Source of the DNA: Candidatus Latescibacterota bacterium
GTDB lineage: Bacteria > Latescibacterota > UBA2968
Reading direction: 5' to 3'
NCBI GenBank assembly: GCA_965205975.1
Contig: OZ242195.1
Coordinates: 800,001-864,000 of the forward strand
DNA length: 64,000 nt
Made by a program: the position numbers and the translations under genes. Every line of letters begins with the position of its first letter. Position 1 is the first letter of the stretch. The notes beneath the pieces are model-generated. The model did no database searches. It saw nothing but the letters and a program-made list of their open reading frames with translations, and was not told the origin of the DNA. Shown here piece after piece: positions 1 to 9,467 of the stretch.

Positions 1-94
1 CCCAGACATCGTCCAGCATCTTTGGGAAAAGTGTAAATCCAACTGTTTTGAATTCTTTTAGGTGTTCTTCGAGGGATTTGGGATCTTTTTGCAT
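1..94 (-). CDS. N-terminus of a probable PhyH (phytanoyl-CoA dioxygenase family) protein, runs off the window edge
   Basis: ATG at 94 with upstream CAGGAGG; MQKDPKSLEEHLKEFKTVGFTLFPKML resembles the 'F..xGF.v' start of PhyH proteins. Confidence 0.55.
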   Translation of the reverse strand, partial: MQKDPKSLEEHLKEFKTVGFTLFPKMLDDVW

Positions 95-137
95 TTCAGC
101 CTCCTGGTGTTTCAGTTTTCTTCATTTTGGGCAGAAT

Positions 138-305
138 TCAGGATTGGAAAATCGTCCCGGGCCACGGATAAGCGTTGGATCCAGCCTCATCATCGATGGG
201 GCCTTCCGGCAGTGTGGCTTGCCAATCCATGACCTGCTCTGACATCTGCTTGACCAGGGTCTCTTCAAATTTGGCGTGATTGACGAGTTCCATAATGTTT
301 TTCAT
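138..305 (-). pseudogene. Orphan C-terminal fragment of a sulfatase
   Basis: MKNIMELVNHAKFEETLVKQMSEQVMDWQATLPEGPIDDEAGSNAYPWP resembles sulfatase C-terminal tails; no catalytic domain. Confidence 0.5.
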
Positions 306-308
306 CTC

Positions 309-1694
309 TTAGCTCCTATCGACTTCCTCAGACCAGGCTCTGTACAATTCCTGCAGGCGTTCCACGACTTCGGGATGCTGATCAATCAGATCTTGACTCT
401 CGGAGGGATCTTCCTTCAGGTTAAATAGGCAGGTATTCTGGAGAAGCTCTGTGCGTTCAACGATCCCATCGCAGGGCTCTCGACCTCTCCTGCCACCTTT
501 ATGCAACAGCTTCCAGTCACCAGAGCGCACGGCATAACTGTCGCCCCAGCGCCAGAAGAGGTCTCGCTGGTCTGCGATTTTTGTGACATCTTTTGGGATG
601 GCTTGACCATCCAAACCTTCTGGCAGTTCGATCCCTGCCGCCTGTAAACAGGTTGGAAGAATATCGAGCGTTGAGATCGTCCTGTCACAGATCGTTCCAG
701 ATGCCGACTCATTTGGACGGGCGAGGATAAATGGCACGCGAATCCCGCCCTCCCAGAGCGTAAACTTGCTCCCGGCAAGCGGCAGGTTGCAGGCACCGGT
801 GTTCGGTGCGCCTCCGTTGTCTGAAAACATGATCACGATGGTGTTGTCGGCAAGCGATAGCTGATCCAACGTGTCCAGGAGGCGACCGATATTGTCGTCG
901 AGGCAGTTGAGGTTCGCCAGATAGTATCTGCGAAACTCGTCGGCATTGATCTCGCCGAGGGTGACATACCTTTTGAACCAGTCTTCATAACTGCCCATGG
1001 TCTCCGGGTCGTAGTTTGGAATCTCCCTTACGCCGTGCTTGTCGAGGTATCGCCTGGGTACCTGATGAATCAGGTGATGCACGGAGTTGTAGGAGAGCGT
1101 TACAAAGAAAGGTTCTTCCTGATGGCTCTCGAGAAAATCGATTGTCGCATCGGTGAAGATCTCCGTCAGATAACCTTCTCCAAATTCTTTGTAACCCCGG
1201 TTGTGCATGAGTGGGCCGACAACCGCGCTGTGCCCTTTTGGATCGGGCGTGCGATCTTCGATATCTCTGGTGAGGAGGAAATAGTCGTGGCCGTGTGCCG
1301 AGAAGCCGAGAAACTCGTCGTAGCCGTGGTTCAGCGGGTATTCGCGAGCTTCGTGATCGTGAAAGCCCAGGCCGTAATCGTTCTTGCCGAAACGCGCTGT
1401 GGTATAGCCGTTAGCCTTCATGATTTCGGCGATGTTCTTTTCTGTTTCAGGATGTCCGCAAAAAAAGGAGGATTTCGGGTCCCAGCGCACCTGGTGCCGC
1501 CCCGTATTCCATCCAGCACGCGAAGGGCTGCATACGGGAGCTGTCACATAGGCCTGTGAAAAGAGAACGCCGCGCTCAGCAAGCCGATCCATGTTTGGCG
1601 TTTGCACGTCTGGCGCATGGTGTTTGAATGCGGTCAGGTCGCCGTAGCCCTGATCGTCTGTAACAATGATGAGAAAATTTGGTTTTGTGCCCAT
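309..1694 (-). CDS. Arylsulfatase-family sulfatase (Cys-type)
   Basis: KPNFLIIVTDDQGYGD, CSPSR, SDNGG and LWEGGIRVP motifs; start placed at MGTKPN. Confidence 0.95.
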   Translation of the reverse strand: MGTKPNFLIIVTDDQGYGDLTAFKHHAPDVQTPNMDRLAERGVLFSQAYVTAPVCSPSRAGWNTGRHQVRWDPKSSFFCGHPETEKNIAEIMKANGYTTARFGKNDYGLGFHDHEAREYPLNHGYDEFLGFSAHGHDYFLLTRDIEDRTPDPKGHSAVVGPLMHNRGYKEFGEGYLTEIFTDATIDFLESHQEEPFFVTLSYNSVHHLIHQVPRRYLDKHGVREIPNYDPETMGSYEDWFKRYVTLGEINADEFRRYYLANLNCLDDNIGRLLDTLDQLSLADNTIVIMFSDNGGAPNTGACNLPLAGSKFTLWEGGIRVPFILARPNESASGTICDRTISTLDILPTCLQAAGIELPEGLDGQAIPKDVTKIADQRDLFWRWGDSYAVRSGDWKLLHKGGRRGREPCDGIVERTELLQNTCLFNLKEDPSESQDLIDQHPEVVERLQELYRAWSEEVDRS

Positions 1695-1723
1695 AATGAT
1701 CACCCGCTCCAATCCCCGCATTG

Positions 1724-3205
1724 TTACCTGTCAGCCCCGCCGGGAAGCTGCTCTCTGGTCATCACCTTGATTGGTGGCAGGTTATCGACCATTCCCGCGT
1801 CCGTGCGTCGAAGCTCATCAATGGTCCCTTGTCGAAGTTGGGCGAGCAACTCGTGGTAATCGGATTCCAAAGCGAGGTTTTCCAGTTCCTCGGGATCATT
1901 CTCGAGATCGTACATCTCTTCGATCTCCCCGGGGACGAGCCAGCGGATATATTTGTACTTTCCCGTGCACAGAGATACCCACCAGGGGATAGGAGGATTG
2001 CCTATTGGCTCGCCACAGCCGACATCGGTGTCTTCTCCAAAATAATGACCCGTACACTCCATCAGCAGCGGGCGATCCCATTCGGCGTTGGGATCGGAGA
2101 GCAATGGTGTCAGGTCCTCCCCGTGCATCTTCCAGGGTTGTTCCATGCCGATTAACGAGAGAAAGGTAGGCGGGATATCCTGACCGCCGATTGGCACATC
2201 GCATACTGTGCCTGCGGGAATCTGTCCCGGCAGCCGCATGATCATCGGCGCTTTGATATTGGCATCATAGGGCGCCACCTTGAGTCGAAAGCCGTGCTGT
2301 CCCCAGGCGAATCCCTGGTCCGACGTAAAGACGACCAGGGTATCATCCAATTGCCCCATCTCCTCTATGGCGCTGATCACCCTGCCAACCCCTTCATCCA
2401 GGGCGCGAACGCCCCGGTTGTATTGTTGTTCCCAATCTGTGAGGGTCCGTCCATCCCGGATGCCTACCGGTTGGCCCAGATCTCCCTCGCGCCAAACACC
2501 ATAGTCCCGCATATGTGTCGCCTTGGTCGGGCGCGGCGGGTAGATGTCTTCTGGCGTGGGGACCTGGGAAACATCTGGATAATCGTGGAGATGGCGGTCA
2601 GCCACTTCCCAGGGTCCGTGTACTGCATCATAGCACAGCCAGAGGTGCCAGGGCTTATCCGGTTCTTCTGCCCGTCCACGGAGAAATTCAAGTGCATACT
2701 CCGTGTAGTTATCGGTAGAATAGCCGCCAACCGGTTCCGGCGGTCCTCCGTTGATACTCATGCTCTGATTGACATAATAGGGCCCGTATTTCTCGGGTTG
2801 GCTGTGGTCCCAGATGGCAGAAAAATCCCAGTACCGACCGTGACCATGATCGGGACCTGTGTGCCATTTGCCGACGATGCCTGTGTACCAACCGTTCTCA
2901 CGGAGATTCTCGAGCCAGTACGGACACTGGTCTGGATCGCGGACATAGTTTGGGTAGCTCGTGGGCAGGTGCATGCTCATCACGCCATGTGGCAATTTTC
3001 CGGTCAGGTACGTGGCGCGTGAAGGCGCACACCAGGCACTGGTATAGCAGTTGGAAAAACGCATCCCCTCATGGGCGAGGCGGTCGATGTTTGGCGTACT
3101 GATCCACGAATGCGCCTCGGGATAGCAACTCACAGACCGAAAGCTCTGATCGTCGGTGAAGATGTATAAAATGTTGCGAGGATGGTTCAATTGATCATCG
3201 TTCAT
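1724..3205 (-). CDS. Sulfatase (Cys-type)
   Basis: NILYIFTDDQ, CAPSR, GKWH, SDQG, YDLENDPEE motifs. Confidence 0.95.
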   Translation of the reverse strand: MNDDQLNHPRNILYIFTDDQSFRSVSCYPEAHSWISTPNIDRLAHEGMRFSNCYTSAWCAPSRATYLTGKLPHGVMSMHLPTSYPNYVRDPDQCPYWLENLRENGWYTGIVGKWHTGPDHGHGRYWDFSAIWDHSQPEKYGPYYVNQSMSINGGPPEPVGGYSTDNYTEYALEFLRGRAEEPDKPWHLWLCYDAVHGPWEVADRHLHDYPDVSQVPTPEDIYPPRPTKATHMRDYGVWREGDLGQPVGIRDGRTLTDWEQQYNRGVRALDEGVGRVISAIEEMGQLDDTLVVFTSDQGFAWGQHGFRLKVAPYDANIKAPMIMRLPGQIPAGTVCDVPIGGQDIPPTFLSLIGMEQPWKMHGEDLTPLLSDPNAEWDRPLLMECTGHYFGEDTDVGCGEPIGNPPIPWWVSLCTGKYKYIRWLVPGEIEEMYDLENDPEELENLALESDYHELLAQLRQGTIDELRRTDAGMVDNLPPIKVMTREQLPGGADR

Positions 3206-3298
3206 TGTGATTCTCCGTAATCTATGTGGTCAGGTAAACCAGACCCTGGTTCGCTTCTATTTTCTCTGTTCTGCATCTATCCGAATTTGCGCCCACGA

Positions 3299-4366
3299 TT
3301 AGAACTCAGAGCCTGCAACAGTGCGAACGGCCTCGCTCCAGTCATCCCAAAGTCTCGGACCTTCCGGGCGTGGTTCAGGAGGCGGGACGGCTGGCCCAAG
3401 TTCAAGTTCGTGGAGTTTTCTCACGTTGGGCGGTGGCGATGGTCGTGGCCCTTTGACATAACGGCCGTTGTATGTTCTGTCATATACAGACTTTTTGTAG
3501 GCATCATAAAGAATCATCTGTCGAATCTGCGGAGGGTTGCTGTAGTTCCGCGTTGCCGAGTGGAACATTCGCCCGTGCCACAAAACCACATCGCCCTCGT
3601 CACCAAAAAATTCAAAGGGTTCAATGTCGGCGAGTGCGTCCTTGAGTCCTGCAGGCTGCGGCAAAACAAATGCCGCAGCGCCGCTTTCCGGATGGGGTGA
3701 ATGTAGAATTGAATAGCGGGCGAGGTCTGCGGAGTCCGGCTCTGCTTCGTAGAGCAAGCGGTGACTGCCGGGAAAAAGGGCGATGCCACCTCCACCCTGG
3801 GGAACCTGGTCAACGTATGCGCTTGCCACCAGATGCACCGGCTCGGGATCAATGTGTGCACCGGCACGGACGGCATCCGCCAGAGCAGGTGAGTCGCTCG
3901 GACGCTCTCTCGGCAGCACGCAATACATACCGCGCAACTCCTTGCCACCCCAGACCGGCCAACCACGCAACCGACTTCCACGCGGATCTGGATCGGCCGC
4001 GGAGGAAGTTACCTCTGGTGTCACAACTTCACCTTCACCGAGAAGTTGCTCAAACCACGGGAATACACGGCGTGGAAGCAAGTTGATTAAGTCCTCGTCG
4101 CCGGAGAGTTCACGCAGTCGCCAGCCGTGGTCACCGGTGCGATCATTCATGCCATCAGGGGTGCTTTGACGATCTGCCTCCGGGAGACCGTTTAGCCATG
4201 TTTGAGGATCGTCTCGGCGCAAATGACTTGAGGTATTCCCTGCCCATAACCTATCTCGTGCTGCAGCACAAAGTTTGGGGTCGAGGATCTTTCGTTTCAC
4301 GAGGAATCCGTTCGTAATAAATTGTTGGATCTCTTCTGTACTCAGTGCTGCCAATGCTGTATTCAT
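3299..4366 (-). CDS. PhyH-family Fe(II)/2-oxoglutarate dioxygenase-like protein
   Basis: QQFITNGFLV start, HID metal motif, FPGSH, GDVVLWHGRMFH. Confidence 0.85.
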   Translation of the reverse strand: MNTALAALSTEEIQQFITNGFLVKRKILDPKLCAAARDRLWAGNTSSHLRRDDPQTWLNGLPEADRQSTPDGMNDRTGDHGWRLRELSGDEDLINLLPRRVFPWFEQLLGEGEVVTPEVTSSAADPDPRGSRLRGWPVWGGKELRGMYCVLPRERPSDSPALADAVRAGAHIDPEPVHLVASAYVDQVPQGGGGIALFPGSHRLLYEAEPDSADLARYSILHSPHPESGAAAFVLPQPAGLKDALADIEPFEFFGDEGDVVLWHGRMFHSATRNYSNPPQIRQMILYDAYKKSVYDRTYNGRYVKGPRPSPPPNVRKLHELELGPAVPPPEPRPEGPRLWDDWSEAVRTVAGSEF

Positions 4367-4383
4367 GGAAATAACCCTTCTTT

Positions 4384-4430
4384 CTTCAATACTGAACCAT
4401 TATACGGACTTCAATACCGAACCATTGTAC
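4384..4430. repeat. Two 22-bp tandem copies (period 25 bp), each containing a -10-like hexamer on the minus strand
   Basis: CTTCAATACTGAACCATTATAC (4384-4405) vs CTTCAATACCGAACCATTGTAC (4409-4430); minus strand carries TATAAT and TACAAT. Confidence 0.8.
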
Positions 4431-4448
4431 ATCGTTGGGAGTAGTCAC
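4431..4448 (+). mobile_element. Orphan 18-bp right-end remnant of the IS200/IS605 TnpB element
   Basis: ATCGTTGGGAGTAGTCAC is the exact reverse complement of 44267-44284 and ends in TCAC. Confidence 0.8.
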
Positions 4449-4523
4449 GGATGGTGATGAATCCTCAGGATCGTGCTGGAGAATAGAGCTATAATCAGAA
4501 ATCCCAAAAACACAGAGGGGATT

Positions 4524-5951
4524 CTAAACACTCGGCAAAGGCACAGTATCTCCTGTTTCATGTTGCCACAATCGAATTTTCGCCGCCATATCGCGAATGC
4601 GATCGCGATGTTCAGGAACATCAAACAGATTGTTTTCTTCATAAGGATCTGTATTAAGGTCGAACAACTCACACTGGTCACCAGCACACAAATTCAACTT
4701 CCAGCGATCACCTGTCACCACAGATCGCCAGGGCAATGTCGCCATCAAGTTAATGCTTGGATTCCCTAAATTGCGATCGCCAATCCCATTCCACTCCATA
4801 AATGCAACGTGATCCTTCAAATTGCGCTCACCGGTGAGTGCACCAGCTAAACTCTTCCCTTCACACTGATCTGAAACTTCAACGCCCGCCAGATCCAAAA
4901 GTGTCGGCACCAAATCCGCATGCCCAAACACACCATCGATTCGTTTCTGTTCCTTATTCAACCACGGCACACTGAGCAAAAACGGCACTCGCGCAGACTC
5001 TTCGTAAAAAGTCCGCTTTTCCATCATCGCATGATCGCCCACCATTTCTCCATGATCACTCGTGTAAGCAATAATCGTATTCTCCAGTTGCCCTGTCTCT
5101 TCCAATGCCTGAATGATCCGCCCCACAGCATCATCCACAATCTTCATATTTCCGAAGTATTGCGATCTCACTTTCCGCCATCCCAATTCCGTACTTAAAT
5201 CTTCACCTGCCTCCTTCTTCGTTGCATAATGCTCTGCTCGCACCCGATTAAATCGCGAATGCCCTTCAGGATGTTTCAAAAACGTCGGGCCAACCGGCAA
5301 TTCCTCAGGATCATACAAACCGTCATACGGCCCTGTATATGGAGGGTGCGGTTCAAACGTACTGCACACCAATAACCAGGGCTGATCGACATTTTCTCGA
5401 ATAAACCGATCCGCTTCCTGCGCGACAAACGCCCCGACCTGTTGTTCCGCTGGCAAACGCGCGCGATCACCTGCAGAAAATTGTTTCAAGTCCGGCGCCA
5501 AATGCGAGGGTGGTTCAACGCCCTGCGCCACCAACCACTCATAGTGGGAACTCATCGGCGCATCTTGAATCGTATTCAAATGCCGCAAATTATCCTGAAT
5601 ACTGATCCACTCATCAAACCCATGTTGGCGAACGGTATCGTTGCCCAAATGCCATTTGCCCATATATGCCTTGCGATATGTATCTGGCATCATTTCCGCA
5701 ATCGACTTTGTATCTTCCCGCAGATGAATCCCATTCGCCACACATCCGTGCGAATGAGGGTACAGCCCAGACATCAACGTACCCCGCGATGGCGTACACA
5801 CAGCCTGACCAACATACGTATTCTCAAAAACAAAAGACCGCTCCGAAAGCGCATTCAAATGCGGCGATTGAATCCAATCATTGCCGTAACACGACATGGT
5901 ATCTGTGCGTTGCTGATCTGTGAACACAAAAAGAATATTCGGTTGATTCAT
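4524..5951 (-). CDS. Sulfatase (Cys-type)
   Basis: QPNILFVFTDQQR, CTPSR, GKWH, SDHG, YEESARVP. Confidence 0.95.
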   Translation of the reverse strand: MNQPNILFVFTDQQRTDTMSCYGNDWIQSPHLNALSERSFVFENTYVGQAVCTPSRGTLMSGLYPHSHGCVANGIHLREDTKSIAEMMPDTYRKAYMGKWHLGNDTVRQHGFDEWISIQDNLRHLNTIQDAPMSSHYEWLVAQGVEPPSHLAPDLKQFSAGDRARLPAEQQVGAFVAQEADRFIRENVDQPWLLVCSTFEPHPPYTGPYDGLYDPEELPVGPTFLKHPEGHSRFNRVRAEHYATKKEAGEDLSTELGWRKVRSQYFGNMKIVDDAVGRIIQALEETGQLENTIIAYTSDHGEMVGDHAMMEKRTFYEESARVPFLLSVPWLNKEQKRIDGVFGHADLVPTLLDLAGVEVSDQCEGKSLAGALTGERNLKDHVAFMEWNGIGDRNLGNPSINLMATLPWRSVVTGDRWKLNLCAGDQCELFDLNTDPYEENNLFDVPEHRDRIRDMAAKIRLWQHETGDTVPLPSV

Positions 5952-5991
5952 ATTTACCCCTCAAATTTGTCGTTCGCGGTATTCCCGATTC

Positions 5992-7980
5992 CTACGCAGA
6001 GGACAGTTCGATTCTCTTCATCACCCGCTCCAATACCCACTCCCTGACGATGCCATCCCGCTGCCCACCGAGCCCGCTTGTGTAATTGTTCTTTTCGACC
6101 TGCGCGTTGTGTTCCGGTCCGAACATCTCCTGTTTGTTTATGGCCTGCGCCAGGGCGGGAATAAGCGGTGCCATAGGTTGCAGTTCTTCGCGGCTGCGGT
6201 ATGACAGATAGGCACCTGCCCGTAGCCGCGCCCAGAGGATATCGCTCGATAGCGCGCGCTCAAAAGCGGGCAGGGCAAGGACGCCTTCACCTGCCCGCAC
6301 CAGATAGTCCCCAGCGGCCAGGCTGACGCTGATTGCGGGATCGTCCAGTAGGGGGGATAGGTGCTCGATCATCGCGCGTTCTACACCGAGTGAGCAAAGG
6401 CCGGTAACAGCCCAGAAACGCACGGCGCTGTCGGGATCGCCAAGTCGTTTTGCGAGTTCTTCCTTTGCTTCTTCGCCCATGCGCGCCAGGTCTGCTGTTT
6501 CCAGAATACGCTCGTAATTGTCACAATGCGCCCCGACTGCATGACTCACACCATTGTACTGCTCAGCTCGCGCGGCAATTTCCGGTTCATCAATCAACCC
6601 CAGGTCGCGGGTCTCGATCATCCAGTCGAACAATTTTTGCCGCAACTCATCCTTCACATTGCTGTAAGCGGGGTCATCTGCCAGGTTATTTATCTCTTCG
6701 GGATCGTTCTCGATGTCATACAATTCTTCGGCGGGTTTGTGATCCTGCCAGATCTGAAACTGCCGGTAATGCTCAGGCAACCCGTCCTGTTTGATCATGA
6801 CCGGCGGGCCGAGCATCAGAAATACGCCGTCGGGGTCGTGGACCTTTTGTTTGCCTGGCAGGCAAGAGGTCTCCCAGAAGGCGCGTTCCGGCGTTCCTTT
6901 CTCCGGGACCTTCGCGAAGAACCCGCCGTCTGGATAAAACGAAGCATAAGGTTGGTGGGGGAGGAAGTTGCGGATATAACGGTATTTTTCGGTGCGGATT
7001 GTGCGGATCACTTCCGGGTTGTTGTCCAGCCGATCCCTGGCACTGCAGACGAAATCTCTCGGTTCATCTCTGTTGGGGCCGCACAGGTTGCGACTCTGGA
7101 TGTGTTCGGCGATAGGAATGCCTGATAGCTGCAGGGTCGTCGCGCAGAGGTCCATGTGCAAGACGGGTTCATCAACCGCGGCGCCGGGTTCTGCCGGGGA
7201 TAGGTGCTGATATTTTTCAGGGAATCGCATGATCAGTGGGATATTCAGCCCGTCGTCGTAGGCGTGGATCTTGCCCCGGGGATAACCTGCGCCGTGGTCT
7301 CCCCAATAGACCACAATGGTGTCTTCACTGTGCCCCTGTGCTTCAAGCTCATTCAGGATCTCCCCGACCTGCTTATCGACGTTGGTAAGGGCGTCGTAGA
7401 AGAGCGCCATCCGTTCCCTGAACAGGGGGGTGTCGGGAACAAAGCTCGGAACCGGCACCTCATTCGGGTCGTGCAACTCGTCGTCGCTCAAGAGTGAGGA
7501 ACGCGCTTTCCGCGCATCCTCGGGCGTCAGTTTGAATACACTGGCGTGGGAACTGCCCAGTCTGTAATACATGAAGAACGGCTTGTCTTCAGGGCGATTC
7601 TCCCAGAAATCTTCAGCGTTGTAATACTGTTCACGCTCCTCTTTGGAGACGTATAGGTTGATGTCATTGTCCGGCTGCGTGCAGGCATAACCGGCGTCCG
7701 TCAGCATTGTGTTTAACAACTCAACTCCTGCGGGGCGGATGATCGCGCTGCGGTGATGATGCGTGCCCAGCGTGGTCGGATGCATGCCGGTATAGATGCC
7801 CGTGCGCGATGGTGAGCAGATTGGGCCAGCGGTGAACGCGTTTGTGTAGCGCACACCTTCTGCCGCCATGCGGTCAATATTTGGGGTATGTGCGTATTGA
7901 TCTCCGTAGCAACCGTAGTTCCAGGCACTGGAATCGTGGTTGCTGATCCACAGGAAATTGGGTCTGTCTTGTTTTGTCAT
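5992..7980 (-). CDS. Sulfatase with C-terminal HEAT-like repeats
   Basis: CSPSR, GDHG, YDIENDPEE; C-terminal LGDPDSAVRFWAV and LLDDPAISVSLAA repeats. Confidence 0.9.
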   Translation of the reverse strand: MTKQDRPNFLWISNHDSSAWNYGCYGDQYAHTPNIDRMAAEGVRYTNAFTAGPICSPSRTGIYTGMHPTTLGTHHHRSAIIRPAGVELLNTMLTDAGYACTQPDNDINLYVSKEEREQYYNAEDFWENRPEDKPFFMYYRLGSSHASVFKLTPEDARKARSSLLSDDELHDPNEVPVPSFVPDTPLFRERMALFYDALTNVDKQVGEILNELEAQGHSEDTIVVYWGDHGAGYPRGKIHAYDDGLNIPLIMRFPEKYQHLSPAEPGAAVDEPVLHMDLCATTLQLSGIPIAEHIQSRNLCGPNRDEPRDFVCSARDRLDNNPEVIRTIRTEKYRYIRNFLPHQPYASFYPDGGFFAKVPEKGTPERAFWETSCLPGKQKVHDPDGVFLMLGPPVMIKQDGLPEHYRQFQIWQDHKPAEELYDIENDPEEINNLADDPAYSNVKDELRQKLFDWMIETRDLGLIDEPEIAARAEQYNGVSHAVGAHCDNYERILETADLARMGEEAKEELAKRLGDPDSAVRFWAVTGLCSLGVERAMIEHLSPLLDDPAISVSLAAGDYLVRAGEGVLALPAFERALSSDILWARLRAGAYLSYRSREELQPMAPLIPALAQAINKQEMFGPEHNAQVEKNNYTSGLGGQRDGIVREWVLERVMKRIELSSA

Positions 7981-8043
7981 CTATCTGGTTCTCCAAATGT
8001 ATCAGACGATAAAAATGCGAACTGTCAATCGCGTTGTAACCCC

Positions 8044-9426
8044 TCACCATTTCTGATCTATAATCAGAAATCCTTTCGCTTTACACAGTTCACTGTCTTT
8101 CCACCCGTAAAAGAGGAGCAGGCCATCTCTTACATTTCCTTCTGGATCTTTAACCGGTTGAATATTGTTAAATTTCCAACCGGCATACTCCGGGGCACGT
8201 GGCGTCAAATCTCTCACTCTTTGCCAGGTAAATCCACTATCGGTGGAGATCCACTCTTCAATATCTCCTCCACCTCTGGAGTCCATGTTGCCACGTTTTT
8301 CTTTTATAAATTTGTGATCACCTACTATCAGATAAGCATGTAGCGTGCCACTTTCATCCTGCCTGAGATAGCAACTGTTCCAATCATCAGTGGCAGGGGT
8401 GATAACCGTCTGTATCCATTGGTGATTGATATACCTCACATAATAGTAATTGCACCTGTCGGGCACATCTTCCGATAGCACATGCAAAAAGGCCGGATTG
8501 TCATTTTCATCTATGACAATATCAGGTGGAACGCCTGCCCCTCGCCAATCGGTATCCCAAATTTTGCATTTGTCATTTGCAGTGCCAATATCAATGGGCG
8601 TTCTGACTGTCTCGCCATCAAAATTCGCAACCTCATGCGTTTGCAGGTTGATTTTTACATAATAGAGGTTGTATTTGAGCCCGAGATTCTTTTTGCTTCC
8701 ATAACGAGGATTGTAAAACTTTTCTGGGATATCCTTCTTATTGTCATCATAAGAACAAAATACGGCGTGCAAAAACTTTCCATCTTTACTCGGAAAGCAA
8801 GTGTGATAAGAAGACCACTCATTCAAGTCCATCGGATCATCTACTGTTGCTGTTTCTTCCCCCATGTTTAAATCTGTGACATCATTTTCAGGCCCTGACC
8901 AGGTCTTACCTTCATCGTCTGAAATTAAATATGACCACGAACTTCTGTGCTCTCCTGTTCGGAAATAAACCACTTGTCTATTATTGTATATGTGATAAAC
9001 CGTAGGGTAAGAAAGCGAGTTTCTTATTTCAGGGGCTGGAGACCAGTCTTCTACACCGGTTCCAATATCCGCTACCTTTTTGGATATTAAATGTGTTCCT
9101 GGCGTTTTGTGACAACCCGACAAAATATGTAAAAAGTCATCATTATCAGCCCAGATTATGGGGCAATAATGCTGGTCGTTTGAGCCTTTGGTTCCCAGTT
9201 GTAGGGGAGACGAAAAAGACTTTGTCTCGGGGTTAAAAGAGATAACAAAAGGATATGTCTTTTCCCTGGTTTCAGCATCCATTGGTGCCCCGCCATTATA
9301 AACGATATATACTCGATTGTTGATAAAGATGGCTTGAGGGCGCTGCCTTCTGTCATAGATCATTTTTAATTGTCCCCCACTTCCAAAGGGAACAACAGAA
9401 AAATCCGTTTGTTTCTCAGTGTCCAC
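8044..9426 (-). CDS. BNR/Asp-box (BNR_4-like) beta-propeller protein, putative glycan-degrading enzyme
   Basis: Asp-boxes SDDEGKTW and STDSGFTW; probable GTG start at 9426 after GGAG. Confidence 0.7.
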   Translation of the reverse strand: MDTEKQTDFSVVPFGSGGQLKMIYDRRQRPQAIFINNRVYIVYNGGAPMDAETREKTYPFVISFNPETKSFSSPLQLGTKGSNDQHYCPIIWADNDDFLHILSGCHKTPGTHLISKKVADIGTGVEDWSPAPEIRNSLSYPTVYHIYNNRQVVYFRTGEHRSSWSYLISDDEGKTWSGPENDVTDLNMGEETATVDDPMDLNEWSSYHTCFPSKDGKFLHAVFCSYDDNKKDIPEKFYNPRYGSKKNLGLKYNLYYVKINLQTHEVANFDGETVRTPIDIGTANDKCKIWDTDWRGAGVPPDIVIDENDNPAFLHVLSEDVPDRCNYYYVRYINHQWIQTVITPATDDWNSCYLRQDESGTLHAYLIVGDHKFIKEKRGNMDSRGGGDIEEWISTDSGFTWQRVRDLTPRAPEYAGWKFNNIQPVKDPEGNVRDGLLLFYGWKDSELCKAKGFLIIDQKW

Positions 9427-9467
9427 AGCCTGATCTCCCAATGTAATCGGTGAAATAAAAAGGACTC

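Noticed and set aside
4384..4470. Possible mini-CRISPR array
   Set aside because: Only two 22-bp copies separated by 3 bp, no spacers, and no cas gene
4492..4510. TAATCAGAAATCCC as an IS605 left-end remnant
   Set aside because: Only a short match, no hairpin, and the same word occurs inside a gene at 8061
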